This document shows, piece after piece, positions 27,711 through 37,187 of a stretch of 64,000 bases of DNA. The stretch comes from an uncultured virus (IMG/VR IMGVR_UViG_3300031414_000019) (taxonomy: Duplodnaviria; Heunggongvirae; Uroviricota; Caudoviricetes), in IMG/VR virus record IMGVR_UViG_3300031414_000019, positions 1 through 64,000 of that record; one strand, given 5' to 3'. Every line of letters starts with the position of its first letter. Position 1 is the stretch's first letter. Made by a program: the position numbers and the translations under genes. Below the pieces are notes generated by a model that was given only the letters and a program-made list of their open reading frames with translations, searched no databases and had not been told where the DNA came from.

Positions 27711-28568
27711 ATGTTTGACGAGCTTGACTTCTTTTTAAGTCAGCACACGTCGGATTACAGGAAGGCCAATATCTTAGAGGCGCTTAATGCGTGCTTTGAG
27801 GTACAAGGCACCCCTGTACTCGACAAGGTGAATGATTTCTTGTTCAGTTCTAATGACTTGTCCTCGGACGTAGCGGTCCAGCAGTTTGCAGACTTTGCAT
27901 TAGTCAACATTGTCGCCTGTGCTGCGGAGTTTGGTGTTGTGTTGAATCCAGATCTTATTCTCGATGAAAACCTCCCGATCTTCACAGACATCGTTGGTAC
28001 ATTACTGATCGCTGACCAGTATGAAGACCCACATCGTCTTATCTCCCTCATAGGCGACGCAGATGACACGGAGGAGGCGTTGGCTGACGTAGTTGAGGAA
28101 ATCACTGGACAAGCGGCTGAAAACGTTCTGGACGTCATTGGTGCGGTTGACCGCGACCTGGTCCAGAAGATGCTGGAGGAGAACGCAGCTCACGTCGCCT
28201 CACTCGAATCTAAGAACGTGGTTGACGACACGGTGGAACTCCGCCGCAGTATCATCGACCGTTTGAAGCACACGGAGTATTATAGCCGTGAAGGGTTCGT
28301 TGAGAGCAACCTCGTTATCAGTGGCATGTTCGGTCAAGATCCGTTCATGATTCTGGAATCACTCACCCCTGAGATCTACGACTTTAAGGACATGGAGTTG
28401 GCAACCATTTGCTATCAAATTGCTGCTGCTTCGAATGTTCTTTCTAATGCTGTTGTTGGTACAGCTAAGAACCTCGTAGAACGTATCCTAACGGAAGATC
28501 GTGCACAGGAAAGACAGAAGATCGCTTTCCAGTTAAATCGCTTCCCAGCGCCTTCTGTGGAGATCTAA
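27711..28568 (+). CDS. Conserved acidic protein (phiKZ gp79-like)
   Basis: 285 aa, AAGGAG RBS, directly upstream of the vRNAP beta' fragment. Confidence 0.65.
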   Translation: MFDELDFFLSQHTSDYRKANILEALNACFEVQGTPVLDKVNDFLFSSNDLSSDVAVQQFADFALVNIVACAAEFGVVLNPDLILDENLPIFTDIVGTLLIADQYEDPHRLISLIGDADDTEEALADVVEEITGQAAENVLDVIGAVDRDLVQKMLEENAAHVASLESKNVVDDTVELRRSIIDRLKHTEYYSREGFVESNLVISGMFGQDPFMILESLTPEIYDFKDMELATICYQIAAASNVLSNAVVGTAKNLVERILTEDRAQERQKIAFQLNRFPAPSVEI

Positions 28569-29885
28569 ATGACACCTTTAGAGTTCTTTAAGAAAGCGTG
28601 TTTAAACTTACGCTATAAAGAGAAGGCATGGGTCTTCTCTGTGTTTGGTTGCACACGCACGACGAACGCTCAGTTAATGAACGGTCGTTATCTTGACGTC
28701 CATCGTATCGAGGGTATTCCCTATTGGGTCGATGAAAACGGTGAACATCAGGAATTCGAAAACTTCGACGTGCCGCCTAACACGCCGCTGTTATCTTTCA
28801 AGGATAAAGTTGATCTTCAGATTGGCGATATCCCGAACCTCGTTGAGCCGGTGACAACAACCGTTGGTAATCTCTTTATCAACTGGTATACGCTGGTTCA
28901 CGTCTTCGGTAAAAAGATCCCATTCCAGACGGGGGTAATTACTGTCAAGTCCGTACTTGCGCAGATACGCCCTCTGTTCCAGAATGACGTTCTTCATCCC
29001 GATGGTAGTATCAACTACGACGCTCAAGATCCCAACGTGATCTATGCGCACGAGTATGTGCGATACGTTCAATGTACCACTGCACTTGCAGGCTTCGTAG
29101 AAATCTCTGTGCCGAGCGCAACGCCTTACACTGCTCGTACATCACCTGAAGTAATTGAACTGCGTGACAGGCTTCTGAAGGAGCATGAGCATGAGTTGAA
29201 CGACCCAACGGTGATTGCAGATATTGAGAGGCAGTTAATCGCGAAAGATAAAGAGTGGATCGACAAAGATCCAGACAAAGGCTTCTATATCAAAGCCAAG
29301 TCATTCAACATCGTTCGTAAGAAACTCTTCCTGTTGGGTGGTATCGAAGCAAGCTTCAATGGCGACGGTACATACACCTTCGTTAAGAACAGTCTGATGG
29401 AAGGACCAACGATTGAAACACTGCCTGCGTTGATCAACACCTTACGTAGCGGTAGTTACTCTCGTGGTGCGCTGACTGCATTGGGCGGCGAAGCGGTTAA
29501 GTTCTTCCAACGTGTCTTGCAGAACTCCCGTGTTGTTGCCGGCGATTGTGGTGTTACTTACGGTGTACCTTATCGTATCACCAGCGAGAACCACAGCAAC
29601 TTCAAAGGACGATTCCACATCGTTGATGGTCAGACCGTACCAATCGGGACGGACACCAAACCGTTAATCGGTAAGGTAATCGAACTCCGTTCTCCACAGG
29701 CATGCTTAAGTGAACACACGGACTACTGTTCTGTGTGTATGGGTGAGCAGGTCTCTGAATCTCCGACTGGTCTGTCGGCCATGGGTTCAAACATGGGTTC
29801 GGTGTTCATGAACGCAATGATGTCTGCGGTACACGGTACAGCACTGATGGTAAAAGAGTTTGATGCTGAGTTACATATCAGCTAA
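28569..29885 (+). CDS. Virion RNA polymerase beta' middle subunit (phiKZ gp80-like)
   Basis: TTTVG, NSLMEG, RSGSYSRGALTALGG (bridge helix), DCG, LRSPQAC...YCSVCMG, and MMSAVHG. Confidence 0.9.
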   Translation: MTPLEFFKKACLNLRYKEKAWVFSVFGCTRTTNAQLMNGRYLDVHRIEGIPYWVDENGEHQEFENFDVPPNTPLLSFKDKVDLQIGDIPNLVEPVTTTVGNLFINWYTLVHVFGKKIPFQTGVITVKSVLAQIRPLFQNDVLHPDGSINYDAQDPNVIYAHEYVRYVQCTTALAGFVEISVPSATPYTARTSPEVIELRDRLLKEHEHELNDPTVIADIERQLIAKDKEWIDKDPDKGFYIKAKSFNIVRKKLFLLGGIEASFNGDGTYTFVKNSLMEGPTIETLPALINTLRSGSYSRGALTALGGEAVKFFQRVLQNSRVVAGDCGVTYGVPYRITSENHSNFKGRFHIVDGQTVPIGTDTKPLIGKVIELRSPQACLSEHTDYCSVCMGEQVSESPTGLSAMGSNMGSVFMNAMMSAVHGTALMVKEFDAELHIS

Positions 29886-29918
29886 TTATATGCTCAAATT
29901 ATCATTGTAGCTCTGCTC

Positions 29919-29968
29919 GGGAGTAGTGGGTATACGGAACTCACTACTCCTCTTTTTTCTTATGCCGC
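29919..29968 (+). terminator. Hairpin terminator
   Basis: GGAGTAGTGGGT...ACTCACTACTCC, followed by a T-tract and TTATGCCG. Confidence 0.65.
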
Positions 29969-30024
29969 TATTAATGATATGGAAGTTTCTGTGTAATTTA
30001 TAACCTACTGGAGTTTAGGCCACA

Positions 30025-30510
30025 ATGTCCGAAGAAATGAAAGAAGTTCAGGATACAGTAAGTCTTGGCGTACGCTCCTTACTGGCTCGAATCGAGAACT
30101 ATGCCCAGAAAATGGCACCGGGTAAACGTCTGACTGAAGATCAGATCAACATGGAACAGAAAGGTCTTTACCTTACTATCCAGTCTATTCTGACGCAGCG
30201 AGAGAACAAAGACTTCATTGATGCCTTTAACGGCACCATTGATTTGTTCAAGCAGTATGGTGACGGTGCACTGTCATCCATGTTTGTATCACGCAATCAC
30301 TACAGCGTTAAGTTGGACTCAAACGCCCGCCGTGACTTTGCAGCATGGGTGAACATCTTTATCATCCTGTCCAAGCCAAACCTGCGTCACCTGTTAATCA
30401 AACAGACTGACCCAGAGAAGGCATACCGTGCACTTCCTGAGATCCAGATGATCCGTGCCGTTGACCACATCAAGCGCCTGTTGGCGTACGATGCTCAAAC
30501 TGCCGCATAA
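30025..30510 (+). CDS. Conserved hypothetical protein (phiKZ gp81-like position)
   Basis: 161 aa with a Y...MAPGK motif; synteny. Confidence 0.7.
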   Translation: MSEEMKEVQDTVSLGVRSLLARIENYAQKMAPGKRLTEDQINMEQKGLYLTIQSILTQRENKDFIDAFNGTIDLFKQYGDGALSSMFVSRNHYSVKLDSNARRDFAAWVNIFIILSKPNLRHLLIKQTDPEKAYRALPEIQMIRAVDHIKRLLAYDAQTAA

Positions 30511-30553
30511 ATAAGCACTCCTCTTCCCGAAAGGGAAGAGGAGGCTTTTATGC
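30505..30553. terminator. Bidirectional terminator / structured repeat
   Basis: GCATAAATAAGCA-CTCCTCTTCCC-GAAA-GGGAAGAGGAG-GCTTTTATGC between convergent genes. Confidence 0.8.
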
Positions 30554-30555
30554 TG

Positions 30556-31305
30556 TTATGCGGTTTCGGCTTTCATGCCTTCGTTCAGCTTCTCTACAAC
30601 TTCTTTACCCAGCGCCAACTCAGCGTCAGTAGGTGTGCCTTCAACCCACGGCAGTTCATCTACATGAACGAAAGCTTTAGTCTCACCACGCGCTGGAACA
30701 CTCACACGAATGTCACCAGGCTCTGGAGGAAGGTCGGTAACTTTAGTCTCTACCGGCGGTACGCGATACGCAGCCAGCCAGTAACCAGGAGTGCGAGTCT
30801 GAAGCATGCCAGCGTTTGCATGCATTTTGAACGTACCGGCGTTCTCCAGCGAAACCACAGTTGCCATGTCGATGTTTTCCAGTGGAATAGGAATGTTCAT
30901 CGCACCACCGTTAGTGTAGCCCCAGATAATACCAGCGTTAGTATCGGGGTTAAACGCAAAGTTGGTTTCCACAGCGCCAGTAAGTCCGATAGCAGCAATG
31001 ACCTTACCCGCCATGCTTTCACTCAGACCGATATGAACAATCGCTTGACCAACCAGGCCAACGAACTCATTACGAGCACGCTTACGCATCGCCTTTTTGC
31101 GATCTTTCGGAGACAGTAATGCAATGACATCATCTTCAGATACATCGATCGCGTTACTGTCTGGTTTGGCAGCTTTACCTTTCAGAGACTCATCGATCTC
31201 TGCGTTGGTACACGGATTGCCTTCTTCAGTAACGAACGCGGTGCCCGCCTTCAGATGTGCTTCATACAGCTCATTGCCTTCAGGGTTCAGTTCAGTCTTT
31301 TCCAT
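30556..31305 (-). CDS. Hypothetical protein
   Basis: 249 aa ORF with AGGA RBS and highly-expressed-like codon usage. Confidence 0.8.
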   Translation of the reverse strand: MEKTELNPEGNELYEAHLKAGTAFVTEEGNPCTNAEIDESLKGKAAKPDSNAIDVSEDDVIALLSPKDRKKAMRKRARNEFVGLVGQAIVHIGLSESMAGKVIAAIGLTGAVETNFAFNPDTNAGIIWGYTNGGAMNIPIPLENIDMATVVSLENAGTFKMHANAGMLQTRTPGYWLAAYRVPPVETKVTDLPPEPGDIRVSVPARGETKAFVHVDELPWVEGTPTDAELALGKEVVEKLNEGMKAETA

Positions 31306-31345
31306 TTCAATATCCTAAAGGGGAGCTAACTCCCCGTTTGTGTGA

Positions 31346-33046
31346 TTAAGCTACCAGGGATTCCAGCTCTTGCAGAGAAGGCATGCCGTAGATTTCAGTA
31401 CAGAACTGCACAGCGTTTACACGACCGCCAGTTAGGTTAATGCCATTGCGACGCTGCACAGCTTCAGAAACACCTTCAATACGAGACAGCTCGCGATAGG
31501 TTGTTTCCTTACTGATGTTCATGACGTCTTCTGTAGTTGGGTAAGCCCCTTCTACGTCCAAGTCTGCAACGTGGGTGCGGATTAGGGTTTTATGCTCAGG
31601 CATACCCTTAATGCATTGGATGCCGTTATCTACCACCAGGTGCGACGGTAAAGTAACGATCCAGTCGTTCATGCCGAGTACGTACTTATCCAGTGGGTCT
31701 TTACCCATCTCATCGGAAGTCGTACCAAACACACGACCATGTTCCAGTGCAAAGAACTCCATGTCATCACTTAAGCGACGAGGAGTGGACGGGAACCGAG
31801 CATACTCAGAGTGACCGCAGAGCAACGAGATCGTCTGTGACAGATCGTGAGTCTTCGCGTCCAACTCTTCTAAAGAGACTGTATCGAATAAGTTATATAC
31901 GGAGTATTCGATAGGATACTCTTTCTGTAAGAATTGGTGCCAACGGAGTCCGTTGAGGTGGTCAGCCTCTTCGAATTTAAGTTTGCGAATACCCAACTCT
32001 TTGTTGAGGATATAGTCGAGTGCGTAACTACGTTCGTTACCGCCTACTACACGGATACGTTTGTAAACACACATCGCATCTACAAAGTAGAAGCTGGAGA
32101 AACACTCCATGACGTGCCACTGCTCTGCTGGGTGCAATGCCATCGTTTTACCGGAGGCAGTAACCTTCTGCGATTTGCCGGGTTTCCAGCGAGCATGTTG
32201 GTATCGTTCAGGAACGCATGGGTCGCTCATGATTCGAGCAGGGTCCCAACCGGCCTCTTTGATGCAGTTGATGATTTTGGGAAGGTCGAACGCGATGTTC
32301 CAGATACTGACGAAGTCAGGTTTCCATTTGTGGAGTAATGCAAAAGCAGCCTGCACACATTCGAACGCCGTTTCAAAGACATCAAAGATAATGTCTGCGT
32401 TCCACTTCTGAATATAGTCGCCAACGAGTTCAGTGGTCTTAGACAGGAACTTTTCTTTGAGGTTAAGTTTGTCGCCATAGAACTTCTTAACGCCGAATAC
32501 CGCTTTCTCAGTACCGAAGCTGACAGAGATCAGGATTAACTTGCTTCCATCACCTGTAACAACATCGGTCTCTATATCGAGTGGAGCCACGGTATTGTCA
32601 GTAACCGCGTCTGGGTATTTCTGCTGGTACATGTTCTTTATCAGAACCGGTGTGGTGCAGTCGCAACCGTAAACATACGGACTGCGCAGAATCTGTTTCA
32701 GTGGTAACATGGCATTACCAAAACCCAGTGCCTTGACGATACTGCGCCCAAGGTTTACCTGAGTTGAACTGAACTTACGAACACGAGAGAGATCCTCAAA
32801 CTCTTTCTTGTCCTTATGGTTGCGAAAACCATCTTTCGTGATATAGAAATCACGCTTGTAGTTTTCACGCACATAGCAGTGCGGTACAGTCCGCTTGTCT
32901 TTTAAATGAAGGCGCTCTTTAACGAAGAGGGCGTCATTACGACTACCGTCCTCTGCTTCGGTGTAAAGTACATGTTTACACTCACGCGCCACAATTTGAT
33001 CCATTGGGATAAACTCACCACTGGCCAAATGAATTCCATCACTCAT
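31346..33046 (-). CDS. Family B DNA polymerase, split N-terminal subunit with 3'-5' exonuclease (phiKZ gp82-like)
   Basis: ExoI LDIETD, ExoII WNIAFDLP, ExoIII YNLFD, and polymerase motif A variant DLDVEGAYP...NISKET. Motifs B and C are absent. Confidence 0.88.
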   Translation of the reverse strand: MSDGIHLASGEFIPMDQIVARECKHVLYTEAEDGSRNDALFVKERLHLKDKRTVPHCYVRENYKRDFYITKDGFRNHKDKKEFEDLSRVRKFSSTQVNLGRSIVKALGFGNAMLPLKQILRSPYVYGCDCTTPVLIKNMYQQKYPDAVTDNTVAPLDIETDVVTGDGSKLILISVSFGTEKAVFGVKKFYGDKLNLKEKFLSKTTELVGDYIQKWNADIIFDVFETAFECVQAAFALLHKWKPDFVSIWNIAFDLPKIINCIKEAGWDPARIMSDPCVPERYQHARWKPGKSQKVTASGKTMALHPAEQWHVMECFSSFYFVDAMCVYKRIRVVGGNERSYALDYILNKELGIRKLKFEEADHLNGLRWHQFLQKEYPIEYSVYNLFDTVSLEELDAKTHDLSQTISLLCGHSEYARFPSTPRRLSDDMEFFALEHGRVFGTTSDEMGKDPLDKYVLGMNDWIVTLPSHLVVDNGIQCIKGMPEHKTLIRTHVADLDVEGAYPTTEDVMNISKETTYRELSRIEGVSEAVQRRNGINLTGGRVNAVQFCTEIYGMPSLQELESLVA

Positions 33047-33143
33047 TGGGACTCCTCTTGTTTCTCTAACTTACGCTTAACTCCAAATGATATGGCCTCA
33101 TTGTTTTTTAATAACGATTCACTCCATTAAGAGGGTTTGTCAT

Positions 33144-34412
33144 ATGGGTAAAGTTAACCCTTTACTGCAAATATCCACCGAAGGTTTGTACGACTATAAA
33201 AACCCTCTGGTGCAGAAAAACATCTTTGATATTCTCGACAAGTTCCGTGAAACTGGCGACACCGACACGCTGGCACAACGTCTGCAAGAACTCGTCAAGA
33301 CTACCTACAACGTCAACCTGAAAGTGTCCATTACCGACATGCGTGTGCCCGCTATGGTGCTGCACGAACAGATTGCCCCTGAGTCACTCCCTCGGTTCCG
33401 TCCTCGTGCTATCTCTGACGCAGAGAATGCTAAAGGCAACGGCATCGGGGAAATTGAGAAAGTATATCGCGGCCTGATCAACATGAAGACATTGCGTGTT
33501 GACGGCATTTTCGCAGAGCTGCCGGTTTACATTCTTCTGTCCGATCAGTTGGCTAAGTGGTCAAACGAAGAAATCGGCGTTGCCTTTATTCACGAGTTGG
33601 GTCACTATCTCGACTATGTCATGATGGCGGCTTCTCAGTTCCGCTCATTCGGTATCGTCGAATCTCTGGTTCGTGGTATCCGTGGTGCAGCAAGTGTTGA
33701 AGAATCAGTCGAGCTGGTTAAAACCGCTGCGGGCGAATACGGCTTCAAGGTTACGGAACCTGAAACACTGAAGTTGGCTGCAACAGACGAAGCCATTCGT
33801 TTGAAGCTGTTTAGTGAAATCCAGGCAACTAACCGCTGGTTCTTGTATGGCGATAAAAATCAGAAGCAGCAAGAGTATGCTGCCGATGAATTGCCAGCAG
33901 CCATTTTCGGACCTCGTGTCGCCGCAGTTGCATTGAGTAAACTGCTGTCTATGACATCACATCCAGCGTACCGTAGCTCCCTGCTGTTCTATGGACGTAC
34001 CGCTGCTGCCATTGCCCTGGTAATCTTCGGTAGTGCCACGGCGATGCTTCCTATTGCGGTATTCGGTGCTGTGGGGCTTGCTGCTGACCAAGCGGAGTCA
34101 ACCCAGTCGGTAACTCACCCTAACCCGTTGACTCGCTTACAGCGCTTCCGGGGACTGTTGCTGTCTGACGCCAAGAATCCGGAAATGACTCGTGCACAGG
34201 TCACGCAGTTGAAACTCGATCTGGATCTGATCGACGCTGAGATCAGTCGCCTTAATGCGGCAAATAAAAGCGGCCTCGAGTTCTTGATGGAGATTTTCTC
34301 CTCGACTCGTCGTTCTAGCAGCGATCTGGAAACCTACGAACGTGGTGTGTCCGAATTGCAGAACAACCCAATCTTCTTGCGCGCTGCGCAGCTTCGTCAT
34401 CTTAAGGATTAA
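33144..34412 (+). CDS. Virion/head protein with zincin (M48-like) metallopeptidase signature (phiKZ gp83/84 region)
   Basis: ATG 33144 follows a GAGG RBS. Early STE cleavage-type site, HELGH, EYAAD, THP....R, and a hydrophobic hairpin. Confidence 0.7.
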   Translation: MGKVNPLLQISTEGLYDYKNPLVQKNIFDILDKFRETGDTDTLAQRLQELVKTTYNVNLKVSITDMRVPAMVLHEQIAPESLPRFRPRAISDAENAKGNGIGEIEKVYRGLINMKTLRVDGIFAELPVYILLSDQLAKWSNEEIGVAFIHELGHYLDYVMMAASQFRSFGIVESLVRGIRGAASVEESVELVKTAAGEYGFKVTEPETLKLAATDEAIRLKLFSEIQATNRWFLYGDKNQKQQEYAADELPAAIFGPRVAAVALSKLLSMTSHPAYRSSLLFYGRTAAAIALVIFGSATAMLPIAVFGAVGLAADQAESTQSVTHPNPLTRLQRFRGLLLSDAKNPEMTRAQVTQLKLDLDLIDAEISRLNAANKSGLEFLMEIFSSTRRSSSDLETYERGVSELQNNPIFLRAAQLRHLKD

Positions 34413-34414
34413 TC

Positions 34415-34819
34415 ATGAGCATTCCTGCATTACAGAAAGCAGCTGGCATTCTGAAAGAGTCATTCCCCGACGCAGATCAATCACTGGCGCTGTCTCGTGC
34501 CGTTGGTATCGCACTGGGCATGGCTACACCGTTAAACGGTCTGGGTGAACCAGAGTTCGACACCATGACGCGTGTCGAACTGATCTCTGCTGTGAACAAC
34601 AAGAAAGAGGTCTTCCACGTCATTTCGCGTTGTAACGAAGAAGCATTGCTGTGCGTAGATACGGCAGTGCGTCAGTTCACCAAAACCTTCGTCTTCCGTA
34701 TGGAAACTGCGCGTGGTAACGCTGCTGCGTTTAAATTCGGCGGTTCGATTGAGGAAGGTACTATCCTTGCGGTAGAACTTCTGGTTCCTGTGTTCCGTGG
34801 CCTGCTGGCTGTCAACTGA
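34415..34819 (+). CDS. Putative virion protein
   Basis: 134 aa, AAGGA RBS, in the structural block. Confidence 0.7.
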   Translation: MSIPALQKAAGILKESFPDADQSLALSRAVGIALGMATPLNGLGEPEFDTMTRVELISAVNNKKEVFHVISRCNEEALLCVDTAVRQFTKTFVFRMETARGNAAAFKFGGSIEEGTILAVELLVPVFRGLLAVN

Positions 34820-34879
34820 TAACAAAGGAGGGTGCGCATTTGTGCCCTCCGTCACTTTACGATAAAAAGGCATAAAACA

Positions 34880-35851
34880 ATGTCAGAACTCAATGTCGAC
34901 TTCACACACTCTCTGGATAATATCGATCAGCTAAGTAGCCTTCGTGGTAAACTGGGTAATCTGGCTGGCCCGTTAACTAACTATCCTAATCTGACTGCAC
35001 GCTTTGGTACCTTGTTAACTAAGCTGGGTGGTCAAACCGTAGAACAACTGCGCGAGCAGATTGAGCAATCTTTCGATAGCTCCGTAAATGACGCCTACAT
35101 TGCCATTGCTGCATCACAGCGTGTGCGTGTCGGTGACATCCGCGCACTCATCAGCGCTAACGACGCCAAGGCACCAGAGTTCGCCGATAGCTACGATCGC
35201 TATTACAAACAGCGCAATCTCGAAGACCGCACAACACCCGATCTTCTTTATATGCTGCTGATGCGCCCAACAAATCAGACGGTCTATGCACAGCTGGATA
35301 AGTACGCTATCGTCATCCTGCAAAAGCTTGCTCGTAATCTGAACGTGTTCACCAATCGTCTAGAGCGTGTGACTGCACAGACTACGACTGAGGTGTTGGC
35401 TGAGATCAAGTACGAGCTGGAAAGCATCACTGACCACCCGCCAGAAGAAGAGTTGCGTGCCTGGATGGAAAAGACCGGTGTGTGCTGCGGTGGACGCATC
35501 CATAAACGTCTACTGGTTCTGTTACAAACCGCAGAACGACAGGCCGCTATAGTGCGCCCAGACGACTGGTACCCTAATTGGTTCACCATGTTGTCTAAAC
35601 TGCCTGAAGCGTCTCGCCTTTTCGGTAAGCACGAAACGGAAGTTACTACAGCTCTCAATGTCGTCGAAGCTCGCCTCGTCGACTTGGCTCATCTCAAGAC
35701 CGAGAAAACCCCTGCGTACTTAGCCCAGTTGGTTGCTGAGTTCGGCCACCAGGTCTCTGAAGCGATGAATAGCGTACATGCGCTGCTGTCTGTCCGTTCT
35801 CTTTTTATCGAAAAGTATAACGACGTTAAAGAGAATGTAACCCCCAACTAA
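34880..35851 (+). CDS. Putative virion/head protein (helical)
   Basis: ATG 34880 (MSELNVDF), about 323 aa, in the structural operon. Confidence 0.7.
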   Translation: MSELNVDFTHSLDNIDQLSSLRGKLGNLAGPLTNYPNLTARFGTLLTKLGGQTVEQLREQIEQSFDSSVNDAYIAIAASQRVRVGDIRALISANDAKAPEFADSYDRYYKQRNLEDRTTPDLLYMLLMRPTNQTVYAQLDKYAIVILQKLARNLNVFTNRLERVTAQTTTEVLAEIKYELESITDHPPEEELRAWMEKTGVCCGGRIHKRLLVLLQTAERQAAIVRPDDWYPNWFTMLSKLPEASRLFGKHETEVTTALNVVEARLVDLAHLKTEKTPAYLAQLVAEFGHQVSEAMNSVHALLSVRSLFIEKYNDVKENVTPN

Positions 35852-35863
35852 TAGAGGTTCCGC

Positions 35864-37135
35864 ATGGCCGGTAATAACCTAACGATGGACCTTGATTCAT
35901 TGACGACCACGACTAGCAATAACATGGAAACATTGCGTCGTATTAGTGCGTCTTTGGAATCAATGGAAGAGACCATCCGTAATGATGGCATGTCGCGAGA
36001 TATCGCCATGCTGATTGAACAACAGTCGCCTGGTGCTATCACTGAAACAACCCGTGTGAATGCTTTCACCCAATATCCGTCACAAGTGAAGCGTGACGTT
36101 GGTCTGGAAGCTATCGGTAGTGTTCGTGGTAAAACCATGAAGGGTGTTGTCATCGCTATCCTTAGTGCGGCCATTGCGGCAGTCTCTGCCTTCCTGATGT
36201 ACCTCATCAAACGGTTCACGGGTAAGGAAGCTAATGAGCGTCGCGATCGCGTTAAGTCTAAACAGTGGAAGCCGGAGACTCCAGCTGAAGCGGGCACGAG
36301 TCGTCCGGAGTGGCGACAAGATCCAGAGTTCATGGCGGCCTGCGATGCTTTCGTAGGTACAATCAACATGACGTTGGTGAATACCGGCTCAGGGCGTTTT
36401 CAGCCTTTCCTGCGTGACGTATTCCAGGTGAAGCCAAAAGCTCTCTTTGCAACGTTGAGCGATCACATCACTGAAGCACTGAAACTGGTACGTGAAACCA
36501 CAGCAACAATTGGCAACACACCACTTTCCGTTCGCTACGACGAGCAGACCGATGCCGTTACAGGCACGATCCGTAACCTGTACAACGAACTTCAGACTCA
36601 GTACAACGTACTTGAGCACGTTCGTCCGATTGGTGTACCGGGTAAAGGTCCGTTGTCTGAGCGCCTAGTAGAAATGCGCAGTTTGGTTGAAGTCGATACT
36701 AATAAGCTGGCTATCACTCGGGAGCCAACGCTGACAGATATCTACTCCTACCGTGGCGTTATCGATGAGAGCATTAAAGCGCTCGAAGAGATGCGTATGG
36801 AAACTCTGACGAAAGAGTTGCGTGAGAACACGCAGTTCATGCAGAGAACGCTCAACGACCTGGATATTAAATTCACTAATATCCCGAACCGTGCAGCAGA
36901 CCTGCTGGCTGACTCGATGTACTTCGTTCAGCGCATGTTAGAAATGCAGACAGACCTCATCGCTATCGTCAGTACGCTGACTGAGAACGCATTGATGGCC
37001 GACTCTGCGTATTGCCAGCTGCTGCGTACACAGATCGCGGCTATGGAGCGTGTAGGTATTCGCTTCAACGGCAACGAGCCTGAGTTCGCAGAAGACCGCA
37101 AGTTCTATAAAGAAGCTCGCAGCTATCTGGGTTAA
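35864..37135 (+). CDS. Internal head/ejection protein with prohead-protease sites and a hydrophobic helix
   Basis: SLE, SME and GLE motifs in the N-terminal region, then GVVIAILSAAIAAVSAFLMYLI. Confidence 0.7.
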   Translation: MAGNNLTMDLDSLTTTTSNNMETLRRISASLESMEETIRNDGMSRDIAMLIEQQSPGAITETTRVNAFTQYPSQVKRDVGLEAIGSVRGKTMKGVVIAILSAAIAAVSAFLMYLIKRFTGKEANERRDRVKSKQWKPETPAEAGTSRPEWRQDPEFMAACDAFVGTINMTLVNTGSGRFQPFLRDVFQVKPKALFATLSDHITEALKLVRETTATIGNTPLSVRYDEQTDAVTGTIRNLYNELQTQYNVLEHVRPIGVPGKGPLSERLVEMRSLVEVDTNKLAITREPTLTDIYSYRGVIDESIKALEEMRMETLTKELRENTQFMQRTLNDLDIKFTNIPNRAADLLADSMYFVQRMLEMQTDLIAIVSTLTENALMADSAYCQLLRTQIAAMERVGIRFNGNEPEFAEDRKFYKEARSYLG

Positions 37136-37136
37136 C

Positions 37137-37187
37137 GACATAAAAGCCTCTCTACCCTTTGCGGGGTAGAGAGTGCTTATTTATGCC
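37137..37187. terminator. Bidirectional terminator / structured repeat
   Basis: CTCTCTACCCT-TTGC-GGGGTAGAGAG stem. Its flanks are the reverse complement of those at 30505. Confidence 0.8.

Noticed and set aside
30550..31119. 189-aa plus-strand ORF
   Set aside because: It starts inside a terminator and is antisense to the better-supported 249-aa gene.
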